A stretch of DNA of 64,000 nt from Eledone cirrhosa (GCA_964016885.1 OZ024761.1:17236001-17300000); one strand, 5' to 3'; counted from the first letter of the stretch, positions 13,352-26,072 are shown. Notes: generated by a model from the sequence alone, not told the origin. Program-made: numbers and translations.

Positions 13352-13390
<39 letters not shown>

Positions 13391-13399
13391 TGCCTGTCT

Positions 13400-13446
<47 letters not shown>

Positions 13447-13472
13447 TGCCCGTCTCTTTATATATATATATA

Positions 13473-15024
13473 TCATCATCATCAACGTTTAACGTCCGTG
13501 TTCCACGCTTGCATGGGTTTGGACGGGGGTTTTTCCACTTGAGGCAAGAGTGGTTGTCTTGCTCGCATAGGACTGTCTGGCGGGTTTTCTACAGCTGGAT
13601 GCCCTTCCTAACACCAACCACATTTACAGTGTGGGGATGGGAGGTTTTTACCGTGTTGCCTACACGGCCACATTACAGCGTAGACTGTCTGGCGGGTTTT
13701 CTACAGCTGGATGCCCTTCCTAACACCAACCACATTTACAGTGTGGGGCTGGGAGGTTTTTACCGTGTTGCCTACACGGCCACATTTACAGCGTGGACTG
13801 TGTGTTTTTTTGTCGTGACACCTACATGATCTCATTTGTTTCGGCCTGGATTTTGTGGCACCAACATAACTTTACATTGAAAGAGGCGGTGTGGATGGGG
13901 TGGGGGTGGTGGGACGGGGGTGTGTTTTGATAGAGATGCCTACTGACTGTAGTAGGTTTTACTTTGTATTTAGGTAAGGCGGGTCTTCTCTATTACTGAG
14001 TACCGCCAAAGGTCTCGGTCCAGTGACATTGTCTTGGAGAGGTGTAAGCGTGTGAGGTCGGAATTTATCATGTCGTCCCAGGTTTTTCTGGGTCTGCCTA
14101 CTCCGTGGCTACCGTCTATATTTATTGCCCTGCACTTTGTTATACAGCTGTCGTCTTTCATGCGCATCATGTGACCATACCAACGTAGCCTTCTCTCGAG
14201 CAAACAACATCTGATCCCTCTTATTTCTAATTTTTTCCTTAGTTCGTTTATGCTTAGCCGTTCACGTATATTACTATTGCACATCCAGCGGAGCATGCAA
14301 GCTTCGTTCCTCTCTAGTCTGCGTATATCCTCTGCACACAATGCCCAACATTGCTGTTCGTATGCAGGCATCGTATAACCTGCCTTTCATTTTTAGTGGC
14401 TAATAGTGGTATAAGCTCTTTGAACTTTTTCCATCCAGTTCTGACTCTAGCTACTGTACTTTCAGAGCACCCTCCCCCACTGCTGATTTTGTCACCCAGG
14501 TAACGGAAGCTGTCCACTATTTCTATAGAACCCTCTGCGCAATTGAAAGAGCTAGTATTTTGTGGGCACTTGCTGCTACTTATTGCACCAGAGCACCGGC
14601 CACATGTAAAATCTATGTTCTTAGTTAGCTTACCTGTGATCCCACTACATCTTTTATGCACCCATACTTTGCATTTGGGACATAAAATGGAGTTTCTACC
14701 TACGCCTTTCCTACACACTGAGCATGGCCATTTCCCGGAAGGGACCGCCGCCTTATTTTCTTTCCTACAAACTAGAACTTTAGTCTTAGCCATGTTAATT
14801 TTAAGGCCTTTTGATTCTAGGCCGTGCTTCCACGTTTGGAATTTCTTCTCTAGCTCGGTCATTGATTCAGCTATGAGCGTTAGATCATCTGCGTATAGGA
14901 GTTCCCATGGGCAGCCGGTCTTGATCTCCTCTGTTATAGCCTGAAGGGCAATAATAAATAGTAGGGGGCTAAGAACAGAGCCCTGATGGATACCAACTTT
15001 TACGCTAAACTCTTCACTATATTC
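13473..15024 (-). mobile_element. RTE-clade LINE, 5'-truncated reverse transcriptase pseudogene with embedded PHD-like finger
   Basis: GIHQGSVLSPLLF, LLYADDL, FRYLG and [12 protein letters not shown] motifs. Small deletions and frameshifts near 14340-14395. 113-bp duplication in the 3'UTR. Confidence 0.95.
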
Positions 15025-15237
15025 GTTGATGATGATGATGATGATGATGATGATATATATATCCCTCTCTTTATATATATTTATCTCTCTGTCTCCATCT
15101 CTCTCTGCCAACAATATATGTGTGATGTTGCCATTGTTGTCATTCGGGTTTCGAATACATTAAATAGCAAACATCAACAACAAATATAATAAATAAAAGA
15201 CAGACAAAAAGTAAAAATTGAGGAAGGGTGGAGGGTG

Positions 15238-15268
15238 ATATGTGTGTGTGTGTGTGTGTATATATATA

Positions 15269-15347
<79 letters not shown>

Positions 15348-15570
15348 ATATATATATGTGTGTGTGTGTGTATATATATATGTGTGTGTGTGTGTATATA
15401 TATATGTGTGTGTGTGTGTATATATTTATATATATATGTGTGTGTGTGTGTGTGTGAATATAGATGCAAGCATGGAAAAGGGGATATAAACACGATGATG
15501 ATGATGATGATGTATATATGTCTAGAGAAAGAGAGAGAGAGAGAGAGAGAAGGAGAGAAAGATGTGTGTG

Positions 15571-15622
<52 letters not shown>

Positions 15623-15692
15623 TATACAAAGAGAGGCAGGTGTGTATAAATACATATATATAGAAAGAGAGGGAGAGGTGTGTGTGTGTGAG

Positions 15693-15727
<35 letters not shown>

Positions 15728-15937
15728 CGAGAGAGAGAGAGAGATGCGTGTGTGAGTATATATATATATATATATATATGTGTGCGTGTGTGTGTCGAGA
15801 GAGAGAGAGAGAGAGATGCGTGTGTGAGTATATATATATATATATGTGTGCGTGTGTGTGTCGAGAGAGAGAGATGCATGTGTGAGTATATATATATATA
15901 TGTGTGTGTGTGTCGAGAGAGAGAATGCGTGTGTGAG

Positions 15938-15976
<39 letters not shown>

Positions 15977-16220
15977 TGAGAGAGAGAGATGCGTGTGTGA
16001 GTATATATATATATATATGTGTGTGTGTCGAGAGAGAGAGATGCGTGTGTGAGTATATATATATATATGTGTGTGTGTGTCGAGAGAGAGAGATGCGTGT
16101 GTGAGTATATATATATATATGTGTGTGTGTTGAGAGAGAGAGAATGCGTGTGTGAGTATATATATATGTATATATATATATATATATGTGTTGAGAGAGA
16201 GATGTGTGTGTGAGTATATA
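15238..16220. repeat. Compound TG/TA/GA microsatellite; ~45-50-bp higher unit in 15680-16220
   Basis: Repeating (TG)n-TC-(GA)n-TGCG(TG)n-AG-(TA)n. Confidence 0.9.
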
Positions 16221-16344
16221 TTTCTCCTTTCTTTATGATTAACTATTGGAATATTAAAGAAGCCTCAATGATGGAGATGCATGGCAATGAAATACAATAT
16301 AGTAGTAGTAATAGTAATAAGAGGAACAACATGAACGGGAATGG

Positions 16345-16900
16345 ATATAATAATATACTAATGCTATCAGGAAACTATATATGATATTAACAAAAATAAT
16401 ATTAAAAAATATATATATAATAATATACTAAATGCTATAAGGATATTAAATATAATATCAACAAAAATAATATCAAAAAATATATATATAATAATATACT
16501 AAATGCTATCAGGATACTAAATATAATATCAACAATAATAATATCAAAAAATATATATATAATAATATACTAAATGCTATCAGGATACTAAATATAATAT
16601 CAACAATAATAATATCAAAAAATATATATATAATAATATACTAAATGCTATCAGGATACTAAATATAATATCAACAATAATAATATCAAAAAATATATAT
16701 ATAATAATATACTAAATGCTATCAGGATACTAAATATAATATCAACAATAATAATATCAAAAAATATATATATAATAATATACTAATTGCTATCAGGATA
16801 CTAAATATAATATCAACAATAATAATATCAAAATATATATATAATAATATACTAATAATATAATATAAGTAAATATAATATCAAAATAAATATATAATAA
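16345..16900. repeat. 71-bp AT-rich tandem repeat, ~7-8 copies
   Basis: AAATGCTATCAGGATACTAAA at 16501, 16572, 16643 and 16714. Confidence 0.93.
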
Positions 16901-17098
16901 TGAAATATTAAATAATATAATGCCCCAGCATGACCTCAGTCATTCGGTAGGAAGAAATAATTGATATAATAGAAATGATACTAAATAATATAATCATACT
17001 AAATACATAATAACTAATAGATCATAACAAACATAAGAAATATAACTAATATCATAAAGATAATTATATATACATACATTTCTATATACACACACATA

Positions 17099-17168
<70 letters not shown>

Positions 17169-17190
17169 CACATACATACATATATATACA

Positions 17191-17235
<45 letters not shown>

Positions 17236-18114
17236 AATTAATACAATACTAATATAATAATAATCCACATTTGCTTTTCTTATATTCCTTTTTTTTTAAA
17301 TTATTTTTCTCTATTTTTTTCTATTGTTTTGGTCAGATTTGTTTGATTTTTATATGTTTTATCCATTTTTTTAATTAATTTTTCTCAATATTTCTCTCTT
17401 TCTCTGTTGTTTTGTTTGTTTGTTTCGTTTCAGTAAAACGTCGTCTGCAATTCTTCCATTTTATATTTCTACGTCTCTTTGTCTCTTGTTTCGGTTTGAA
17501 GTAAAATTGTTTGTTGTTTTTTTTAGAAAAAAAAAAATGGGGAGAGTGGAATATTTAAAATATCATTTATAAAATATAACAATATATATATATGTGTGTG
17601 TGTGTGTGTAATAGGAAAATATGAAACGAAGTTAATTGCTGTTTTTTTTATTCTCTCTGTGTGTGAGTGTGAGGACATGTGTGAGTGTGTGTGCGAGGTT
17701 GTGTCAATGCGTGCATGTGTGAAGTTGTGTCAGTGTGAAAGTGTGTCAATGCGTGTGTGGACGTGTGTGTGTGTGTGTGTATGTGTAAGGTTGTGTCAAT
17801 GCATGTGTCAATGTTAGTGTACGTGCATGTGGGTGTGTGTGTGTGTGTGTGTGTGTCCCTCCGAAAGTGTGAATGTGTGCATGTTGTTATGCATGTGTGT
17901 GGCAATGTGTGTGCGACTATGCATATATGTAAATGTGTGTCTACAACAGCATGTGTAAGTATGTGTGCGTGTGATTGTGCATCCATATTTATCATTCAAT
18001 GCGATGCATAAATGCTTGTCTATGTGTGTATATATATATTTCTTTTTCTGTGATCATAGTATATATATATATATAGAGTAAATGTGCATATAATATATAT
18101 TATATATATATATA

Positions 18115-18438
18115 TAATGGAACCTCAGTTCATGAACGCCTCTCATCACAAACAAATCGGTTCATGAACAATTTTTCCGAACCTAAAAAATGTTGGTTGA
18201 CAACCTGTGTCTTGAGTAACGAACACGCAAGCTGGCAACAATGGTTGGCAACAAGCTGGGAGTATCAGCGGGGAAAGTGTTACTTGCTGTGTAGTTAGTT
18301 ACTATGGTGATATCTCTCTCTCCCTTTGTATTTCTCTCTCAATATTCCATATTGGGAAAAATAGTCTCAGTTTATGAACATTTTGGTTGATGAACGGCCT
18401 TCAGGAACGAATTAAGATCATGAACCAAGGTTCCACTG
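18115..18438. mobile_element. Tc1/mariner-pogo (Tigger-like) MITE
   Basis: Imperfect TIRs TAATGGAACCTCAGTTCATGA ... TCATGAACCAAGGTTCCACTG, flanked by TA on both sides; non-coding interior. Confidence 0.75.
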
Positions 18439-18474
18439 TATATACACACACACACACAAGTGTCTGTATGTGTA

Positions 18475-18731
18475 TCATCATCACCGTTTAATGTCCATTT
18501 TCTACGCTAGCATGGGTAGGATGGGCTGTCCCTTTCTGAGAGTCCTGGTCGGAGGACTATGTTTCCTTCACATATACTGATTGGCATTAGGAAGGGCATC
18601 CAGCCGTAGAATCCAAGCCAAAATCAGCCTTGCCTGAGCAAAATACAGTCCTTTGACTAGATCTCTCACAAAAGTACAGCCTGTCCTATCCATGCTAGCA
18701 TGGAAGATAGATGTTAAATCATGATGATGAT
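18475..18731. mobile_element. Two diverging RTE-type 3' tail fragments
   Basis: GCTAGCATGGG with (CAT)n on the left; TTAGGAAGGGCATCCAGC..CCCATGCTAGC..(GAT)n on the right. Confidence 0.65.
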
Positions 18732-18811
18732 ATATATATATATATATATACTATGACTACCATGACTGAATCTTAACCATCTACTATGTCAGGGTATGTC
18801 ATGCATCATCT

Positions 18812-18878
18812 TATTTTATCTGATGAGGACGTACTGTTGAAGTTAGCTCAGTACCTTTGAAATATGTATAATAAAATA
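18812..18878 (+). ncRNA. Minimal type I hammerhead ribozyme motif (family A)
   Basis: TATTTTAT-CTGATGA-GGA C GTACTG..CAGTAC C TTT-GAAA-TATGTA-TA-ATAAAATA: 8-bp stem I, intact core, AUA cleavage triplet. Confidence 0.75.
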
Positions 18879-18949
18879 TACTTGATCACAAGAATGTCTA
18901 TTTTTGTTAATATTTTGAATTAATATATATATATATATACACATATATC

Positions 18950-19292
18950 ATTTCATCATCATTTCATTTTACGTCTGCCTTTTCCCTGCTTGCAAGGGTG
19001 GGACGGGAACTGATTTTGACTTGATTTCTACAGCTGGATGCCCTTCCTAACACCAACCTCATTTAGAGTGAGTGCTGGGTGCTTTTTTGCCGTGGCAACT
19101 CCACGACCACTTTGCAGTGGAATGATAGGTACCCCAGTCCCTATTATCTCATTTCTACAGCTGAGTAAACTGGAGCAATGTGAAATAAAGTGTCTTGCTC
19201 AAGGAAACAACACATCACCTGGTCTGAGAATTGAACTCACAACCTTTCGATTGCAAGGCCAATGCTCTAACCACTAAGCCATGTGCCTCCAT
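18950..19292 (-). mobile_element. tRNA/CORE-like SINE, same family as 10980, single 49-bp unit
   Basis: Reverse complement of 10980-11527 apart from repeat number. Confidence 0.9.
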
Positions 19293-19315
19293 AAAAGATT
19301 GCTTAAACGTCGCCG

Positions 19316-19348
<33 letters not shown>

Positions 19349-19476
19349 TATTGAAAGTGTGTGTGTGTATGTATCATCATCATCATCTTCGTTTAACGTC
19401 CATTTTCCATGCTAGCATGGGTTAGATGGGAGTTGTCCCACTTGAGGCAAGGTTGGTCGGGTGACCGTGTCTCGCT

Positions 19477-19521
<45 letters not shown>

Positions 19522-19620
19522 CTTGCCTAAGCACTTGAAGATTAGGTCACAATTTTGATCCCTCTTACAATCATGATATAATATATGTTGATTTTCCTTA
19601 GTGTATATATATATATATAT

Positions 19621-19728
19621 ATAACAAAGGAATTGTGGTAAGGAACCAGATGGACCATAATGCACCAGAGTACTCAATACTTAGGGTAGTAGAGTGGGAA
19701 ATAGGAAAAAGTATGACCCCGACGGCAG
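19621..19728 (-). mobile_element. Second copy of the short element at 3488
   Basis: Near-identical to 3486-3593; abuts a TA run. Confidence 0.8.
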
Positions 19729-19943
19729 TAAGGAAAATCAACAAAGAGAGAACAAGTCAACGAAAAACAATTTTTTTAAGGGGAAACCTTAATAAATTAT
19801 TTTTCGAAAAGAAAAATACAAATGAAAGACACAGAACTCAACACTCATCAGCCATTGAGATGGACTTTGGCAGTTTTGACCCCTACCGATGGTAATACTG
19901 GTACACCCGAGGTCATAGCGTCTGACATAAGTCAAAGCGCTGT

Positions 19944-19975
<32 letters not shown>

Positions 19976-19984
<9 letters not shown>

Positions 19985-20200
19985 GAAATTACTTCTTCAA
20001 GACTAGAACCGTTTCATTTGTGAGAAATCATCAGGAAAGTCTTTCCTTAGGATTTCTTATGAATGAAACAGTTCTAATCATGTAGAAGTCATTTCTATAA
20101 TAAAATAAACATGCCTACACTCTACTAACGTATTGAGTACATTTTTTAAACTGTGGTCACTTCTTAATCACTCAGGAATTCATTATACATACTTACATAC
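19976..20200. mobile_element. Diverged fold-back element with hammerhead-like core on minus strand (20001-20041)
   Basis: Imperfect inverted repeat 19976-20100. Minus strand reads CTGATGA-TTTCTCACAAAT-GAAA-CGGT-TC-TAGTC with weak stems. Related to 58615-58720 and the window end. Confidence 0.45.
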
Positions 20201-20219
20201 ACACACGTGTGTGTGTGTG

Positions 20220-20262
<43 letters not shown>

Positions 20263-20540
20263 TTGGTTCAGAAGGAAAACCAAGGTTCCTATTCTGTTAA
20301 AACCATAACCCTTTGGATTACAATCTGGATTTTGATTCCTGTATAATTTGACCAGAATAAAAAAAGAGGGACCTCATCATGAGGTCCCTCTTTTTTTTTA
20401 TAATATTTTAAATTCATATTTTGACATTTATAGGCATTTTTATAAAACTCATCCAATATTTGTGGTTTTCCACTCTTAGTGGGTGCTCTAGGAACGAAAC
20501 CTACATGAATACCAGGGGTCAACTGTGTGTATATATATAC

Positions 20541-20579
<39 letters not shown>

Positions 20580-21427
20580 TGAGTGTGGTTAAGTGGTTAG
20601 AGAACTGGATTCGCAATAGTGAAGTTGTCAGTTCGATTCCTGGACCGGGTGATGCGTTATGTCCTTCAGCAAGACACTTTATTTCATGCTGCTCTTTCTA
20701 CCTGGAGTTGTGACCAATAGATAGTACTAGCATTTTGAAAGACCAACGGAAACAATGTGTTTCCTCTGTCCGATTTGACGAAGGGTCAATCGACAAAAAA
20801 AAAAAAAAAAATGTGTGTGTGTATGTGTGCGCACATATATACATAAATAAAACTGTTATTGCTCCAACCAGTCTACTAATCTTCAACAAATACCCTAAAT
20901 CAAACACCAACCTGCACCCATGGCTCCTGCCAAACAAACTGCATTCACCGTCCAAATTCGGTAGATCAAACACGGACTACCTATTTTCCTAAACTCGGCT
21001 GATGCAACCAGACAAACAGCCACCTGATAAAGAAGAGACATTATCAAGCTGCAGCTGTCAAATTATGTAGTTTCTATATAGGAAAGCCAAAACTATTATT
21101 ATCTGCAGGGACTATGACCCCATTACATAATTAGCTGTGCTCCATAGACCCTCAAACTATCCACTTCAATGCTGTAATGCTGTGATGCATTGTAAATGTG
21201 GTTGGTGTTAGGAAGGGCATCCAGCTGTAAAATACCCAGCCAAATTTATAGTCCTCGCTGGAGCAAGGTGCAACATGGTCAACCATAGCCAGATTTGCTT
21301 CCTGGCATGGATGACCCGTCTAACCCATGCGAGCATGAAAGAATTGACACTAAATGGAAATGATGATGATATATGTACATACATTTATCATCATCTCACA
21401 TATATATATATACACATATGTATATAC

Positions 21428-22250
21428 ATCCATATATATAAAGTTGTAGTTCCTGTCTGTTTTTTTGTTTGTTTGTTTGTTTGTTCACGAACTCCTATGG
21501 TTTTGGAGATAGACCCCATAACCATATATATTCTGAAACTATATTACCCAGGGTACTTGGGTAAGTATATTTCATTTTAATGAAAGGGTTCCCCGGGGGG
21601 CACAAACCCCTGCTGAAAATTTATTCCCTTTGATTTATATGAAATTTAAACCATAGGTAAATGACAAGATATGATGCCTATTCACAAAATTCCAGCAAAT
21701 TTCAATAATATTAAGACACCCTAATGGGGGTTGACAACCTCTATAGTAAACATTTTGGCCAATAAATGGAACAAGATGTGTTGTAACAAGATTGCATGAG
21801 AACTTGATTGAAGCAACCATTATATTCGGTGCTTACAAAGGTCAAGCTCTTCTCATTCTAAGGATTCCACTTATACCAAGTGATAGTGAGTTGCTTTTTA
21901 TATTTAAGAGGCTGCAGTTCCCAGTGAGGCCATGCTTTGCCATGAGCATCAATAAGAGTCAAGGTCAAACTTTCAAAACTATTGGTATAGATCTGACAAA
22001 ACCATGGACTGGAACTTCAAAATTTCTCTACGTTTTAGCCAATCAAAGAAAGACAAGAAATGTTGTTTACCCTGAGGTTCTTCATTAGGACAAAGTATGA
22101 AATATATTTTCATGCATTTATTATGTTAAAAAATAAATAATTAAACTTTGAATTTCTAATTTGAAAATAATGCTTTACACAAAAAAAAATGATCAAGTTT
22201 TGAATTGATATTTTGAAAAAAATTATTTACAAGAAACAAAATAAGAATAA
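21428..22250 (+). mobile_element. Internally deleted Helitron with Pif1-helicase C-terminal fragment (21765-22088)
   Basis: NGTRCVVTRLHENLIEATI..RIPLIPSD..FKRLQFPVRPCFAMSINKSQGQT..TRNVVYPEVL. Upstream TCCATATATATAAAG..GTCTGT resembles Helitron 5' ends. Element boundaries are approximate. Confidence 0.8.
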
Positions 22251-22257
22251 GATTTAA

Positions 22258-22367
22258 TAATTGTTTCTACTTTTGGCACAAGGCCAGCAATTACCCAGTA
22301 CATTACTGGTACTTTATTTTATCGACCCCGTATGGATGAAAGGCAAAGTTAACCTTGGCGGGATTTG
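22258..22367 (-). mobile_element. Meta-like SINE fragment
   Basis: Matches the reverse complement of 63690-63800. Confidence 0.8.
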
Positions 22368-22529
22368 TTAATAATGTAATTTTGATTTGATATATTACAA
22401 AAAATAATGTTTTCCAATTTTTCATGCATTACATTTTACATTGAGTAATATTGAAATGCAGAATTTTTCTCCATAAATGATAACACTTATTTAAAAACAA
22501 TCAGCATTTCTTACCAAAAAAATTGTGTG

Positions 22530-22711
22530 AGACGCTTTTCCCTGCTTACAAGGGTGGGACGGGAACTGATTCTGGCTTGATTTCTACAGCTGAATGCCCT
22601 TCCTAACCCCAACCTCATTTACAGTAAGTGCTGGGTGCATTTTTGCCGTGGCACCTCAACGACGACTTTGCAGTGGAATGATATAGACCCCAGTCCCTAT
22701 CATCTCATTTC

Positions 22712-22715
<4 letters not shown>
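22530..22715 (-). mobile_element. 3' half of the RTE-tailed SINE
   Basis: Homologous to 18970-19160. Confidence 0.8.
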
Positions 22716-22751
<36 letters not shown>

Positions 22752-22813
22752 TATACATAGACACACACATATACACATACAAAGATATATATATACAGAT
22801 ATTTTATATATAT

Positions 22814-23201
22814 ATACAAAATTTCTATACATATCTGTATACAGCTATGCCTGAAGCTAAATCCTAATCCTATTCTAAGTTGAGCCAACTTATGCAGCTT
22901 CATATGCAAATGAGATTAATCACCTCATTTACACAGACGAGAAAACTTTATATTCTCGCCTGTTTTCAAGTCCAGCAGTCGCAAGTGTGGGAGGGATCGT
23001 CCTGGTGAGGACCAGTTAAGTCTGAAATGCAGCGATGATTGTCCCCCTTGCTTCTGCTGGACACCACCAGAGGGCGTTAGGCCCAGTGTTTTTTGCATAC
23101 CTACGGCTTCCTAAATGATTACCAGTAAACATACCGTGTTTCTTTAGAAATACAAAATTTCTATACATATCTGTATACAGCTATGCCGGAAGCTAAATCC
23201 T

Positions 23202-23204
<3 letters not shown>
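22814..23204 (+). mobile_element. Retrozyme-like 336-bp monomer with 55-bp terminal redundancy and degenerate hammerhead (22995-23040)
   Basis: Direct repeat 22814-22868 / 23150-23204. GATCGTC-CTGGTGA-GGAC..GTCT-GAAA-TGCA-GC-GATGATT, enclosed by GTCCAGCAG/CTGCTGGAC. Confidence 0.6.
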
Positions 23205-23278
<74 letters not shown>

Positions 23279-23463
23279 CACACGATATATTAACAAATGG
23301 AAACTATATTTATAAAACCATATTTATTTCATTATACATATTTTTAAAGAATGCGACCATTTCTGTTGGAAGCTCCCGGATAGTCTATCCGGGAGCTTCC
23401 AACAGAAATGGTCGCATTCTTTAAGGGTATGTCAATATTTATTTATAAAACTGCTCTATATTA

Positions 23464-23528
23464 TATTTTATCTGATGAAAGCACACCATAATTTAACTTG
23501 GTGTCCTTGAAATATGTATAATGAAATA
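23464..23528 (+). ncRNA. Minimal type I hammerhead ribozyme motif (family A), in fold-back element 23282-23662
   Basis: TATTTTAT-CTGATGA-AAG C ACACCA..TGGTGT C CTT-GAAA-TATGTA-TA-ATGAAATA. Confidence 0.8.
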
Positions 23529-23713
23529 AATATGGTTTTATAAATATAGTTTCCATTTGTTAATATATCGTATTTTTACTCCAATAATTTGTTGGGTGCT
23601 TTATATCAGTTATAAAAATATTTTTGCTTGTTGTATCCCAACAATTTAAATAGAACTTCTACATATATATATACGATATTAATAAATGGAAACTATATTT
23701 ATAAAACCATATT

Positions 23714-23778
23714 TATTTCATTATACATATTTCAGGGATACCAAATTAAATTATGGTATGCCTTCATCAGACAAAATA
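23714..23778 (-). ncRNA. Minimal type I hammerhead ribozyme motif (family A)
   Basis: Minus strand TATTTTGT-CTGATGA-AGG C ATACCA..TGGTAT C CCT-GAAA-TATGTA-TA-ATGAAATA. Confidence 0.8.
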
Positions 23779-23882
23779 CAATATATAACAGTTTTACAAA
23801 TAAGCTTTGACGTACCCTGTACTTGTCGAGTGCTTTATATCAGTTATAAAAATATTTACCCAACAATTTTAAATAGAACCTT

Positions 23883-23924
<42 letters not shown>

Positions 23925-24112
23925 GATAAATCTACCAAGAGTTTACGGTAGTGTCCAATCCGTATGAAGAACTCAATGTATTCCGGATATCATGGAAAGA
24001 AGAGATGTAATGAAAAATCACTTTCGGTGAAAGATAAACGGTATACAGAGTCAAGATAAAATATTAAACAAATAATGAATAAACAATTCCTTATATTAAA
24101 CAAAAAAAGTTC

Positions 24113-24260
24113 ATTATTTAACGATCGTTTCTAGGATATATATGTGTTAGAGTTGGCATGCATATTCAACAGATCTATGTACAAAATTATACAAAATTAT
24201 ACAAACTATCAAGATTAAATATACATACCAACACATATATACGCCGTCTTCAGAAATAAT
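24113..24260 (-). ncRNA. Hammerhead motif with long stem II (family C), left arm of a 205-bp inverted repeat
   Basis: Reverse complement of 24266-24413. Confidence 0.65.
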
Positions 24261-24265
24261 CTGAA

Positions 24266-24413
24266 ATTATTTCTGAAGACGGCGTATATATGTGTTGGTA
24301 TGTATATTTAATCTTGATAGTTTGTATAATTTTGTATAATTTTGTACATAGATCTGTTGAATATGCATGCCAACTCTAACACATATATATCCTAGAAACG
24401 ATCGTTAAATAAT
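24266..24413 (+). ncRNA. Hammerhead motif with long stem II (family C)
   Basis: ATTATTT-CTGAAGA-CGG C GTATATATGTGTT...AACACATATATAT C CTA-GAAA-CGATCG-TT-AAATAAT. Palindromic loop 3 and GUU triplet; base of stem II imperfect (C.A). Confidence 0.65.
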
Positions 24414-24461
24414 GAACTTTTTTTGTTTAATATAAGGAATTGTTTATTCATTATTTGTTTA

Positions 24462-24493
<32 letters not shown>

Positions 24494-24519
24494 CATACAC
24501 ATACACACATATATGTAGC

Positions 24520-24830
24520 CCTACTTCAGACACGAATGACCATGGTTTGCACGTAGAAAGTTCCTTTCTGAGGTTTGTTTGTGGAAGACCAGCAGTCACC
24601 AATGCATACCAGTCTCCCCTCCCCACGCCACCGATGTCATCCAATGGAGAGGCAATGTCCCATATAACTGGCAGCAGTGAGGTTGCAACTCATTTCTACA
24701 GTTGAGTGCACTGGAACAACGTGAAATTAAATGCATTGCTCAAGAACAAAACACACCGCCCGGTACAGGTTTCAACCTCACGACCTCATGATTGTTAGCT
24801 CAATGCTCTAAACAATAAGACACGCGCCTT
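24520..24830 (-). mobile_element. tRNA/CORE-like SINE, subfamily of 6143
   Basis: Homologous to the reverse complement of 6143-6460. Confidence 0.75.
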
Positions 24831-24847
24831 CAGATATATACACACAC

Positions 24848-24882
<35 letters not shown>

Positions 24883-25135
24883 CATACATAAATACATATA
24901 TATATATACAGAGATACATATATATACATACATACATACATATATATAAAGAGATACATACACACACACACACATATATATACAGAGATACATATATATA
25001 TAAAGAGACACACACACACACACATATATACATACATATACAGAGATACATATATTCACACACACATATATATACATATATATACACACACATATATATA
25101 TATACACATATTCACACATACACATTTATATATAT

Positions 25136-25166
<31 letters not shown>

Positions 25167-25261
25167 AATATATATACACATATACATATATATATATACA
25201 CATATACATATATATATATATACACATATATATATATATACACATATACATATATATATAT

Positions 25262-25605
25262 CATCCTCATCATCATTTCATTTTACGTCAGCTTTTTCCC
25301 TGCTTGCAAGGGTGGGACGGGAACTGATTCTGGCTTGATTTCTACAGCTGGATGCCCTTCCTAACACCAACCTCATTTACAGTGAGTGCTGGGGACTTTT
25401 TTTCCGTGGCACCTCCACGACCACTTTGCAGTGGAATGATAGGGACCCCAGTCTCTATCATCTCATTTCTACAGCTGAGTAAACTGGAGCAATGTGAAAT
25501 AAAGTGTCTTGCTCAAGGAAACAACACATCACCCGGTCTGAGAATTGAACTTACAACCTTTCGATTGCAAGGCCAATGCTCTAACTACTAAGCCATGTGC
25601 CTCCA
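25262..25605 (-). mobile_element. tRNA/CORE-like RTE-tailed SINE
   Basis: Near-identical to 18950-19292. Confidence 0.9.
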
Positions 25606-26036
25606 TACATATATATAAACATATATATATACACATATTTTATATATATATGTATATATAACCATATCTATACATACATTGACACATATATACATAAATA
25701 CATACTTGTATATATGTATGTGTCTATATATATAAATACACACACATACATAAGTACAAATATACATACATATACAAATATATTTATACATACATCTGGC
25801 TTCAGACTTTTATTAAAGGCTTCACGCCAAAATATGCCTAAAATGACATGTTTTTTTTTTGTGTTGTTGGTTGTTTGAAGCACAAAAACTATGAGGAGAG
25901 AAAGCCAGAGACATTGCTAGAGAAAAAGAGAGTGACAGAGAGAGAGAGGGGGAGGGAGAGAGAGAACGAGCGAAAGTGAGAGTGGGAGAGAGATATGAGC
26001 AAGAAAGTCATATATATATATATACATACATGTATG

Positions 26037-26069
<33 letters not shown>

Positions 26070-26072
26070 ATC

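Noticed and set aside
20359-20399. Rho-independent terminator
   Set aside because: The hairpin plus T-run looks like one, but the context is eukaryotic non-coding DNA with no upstream gene.
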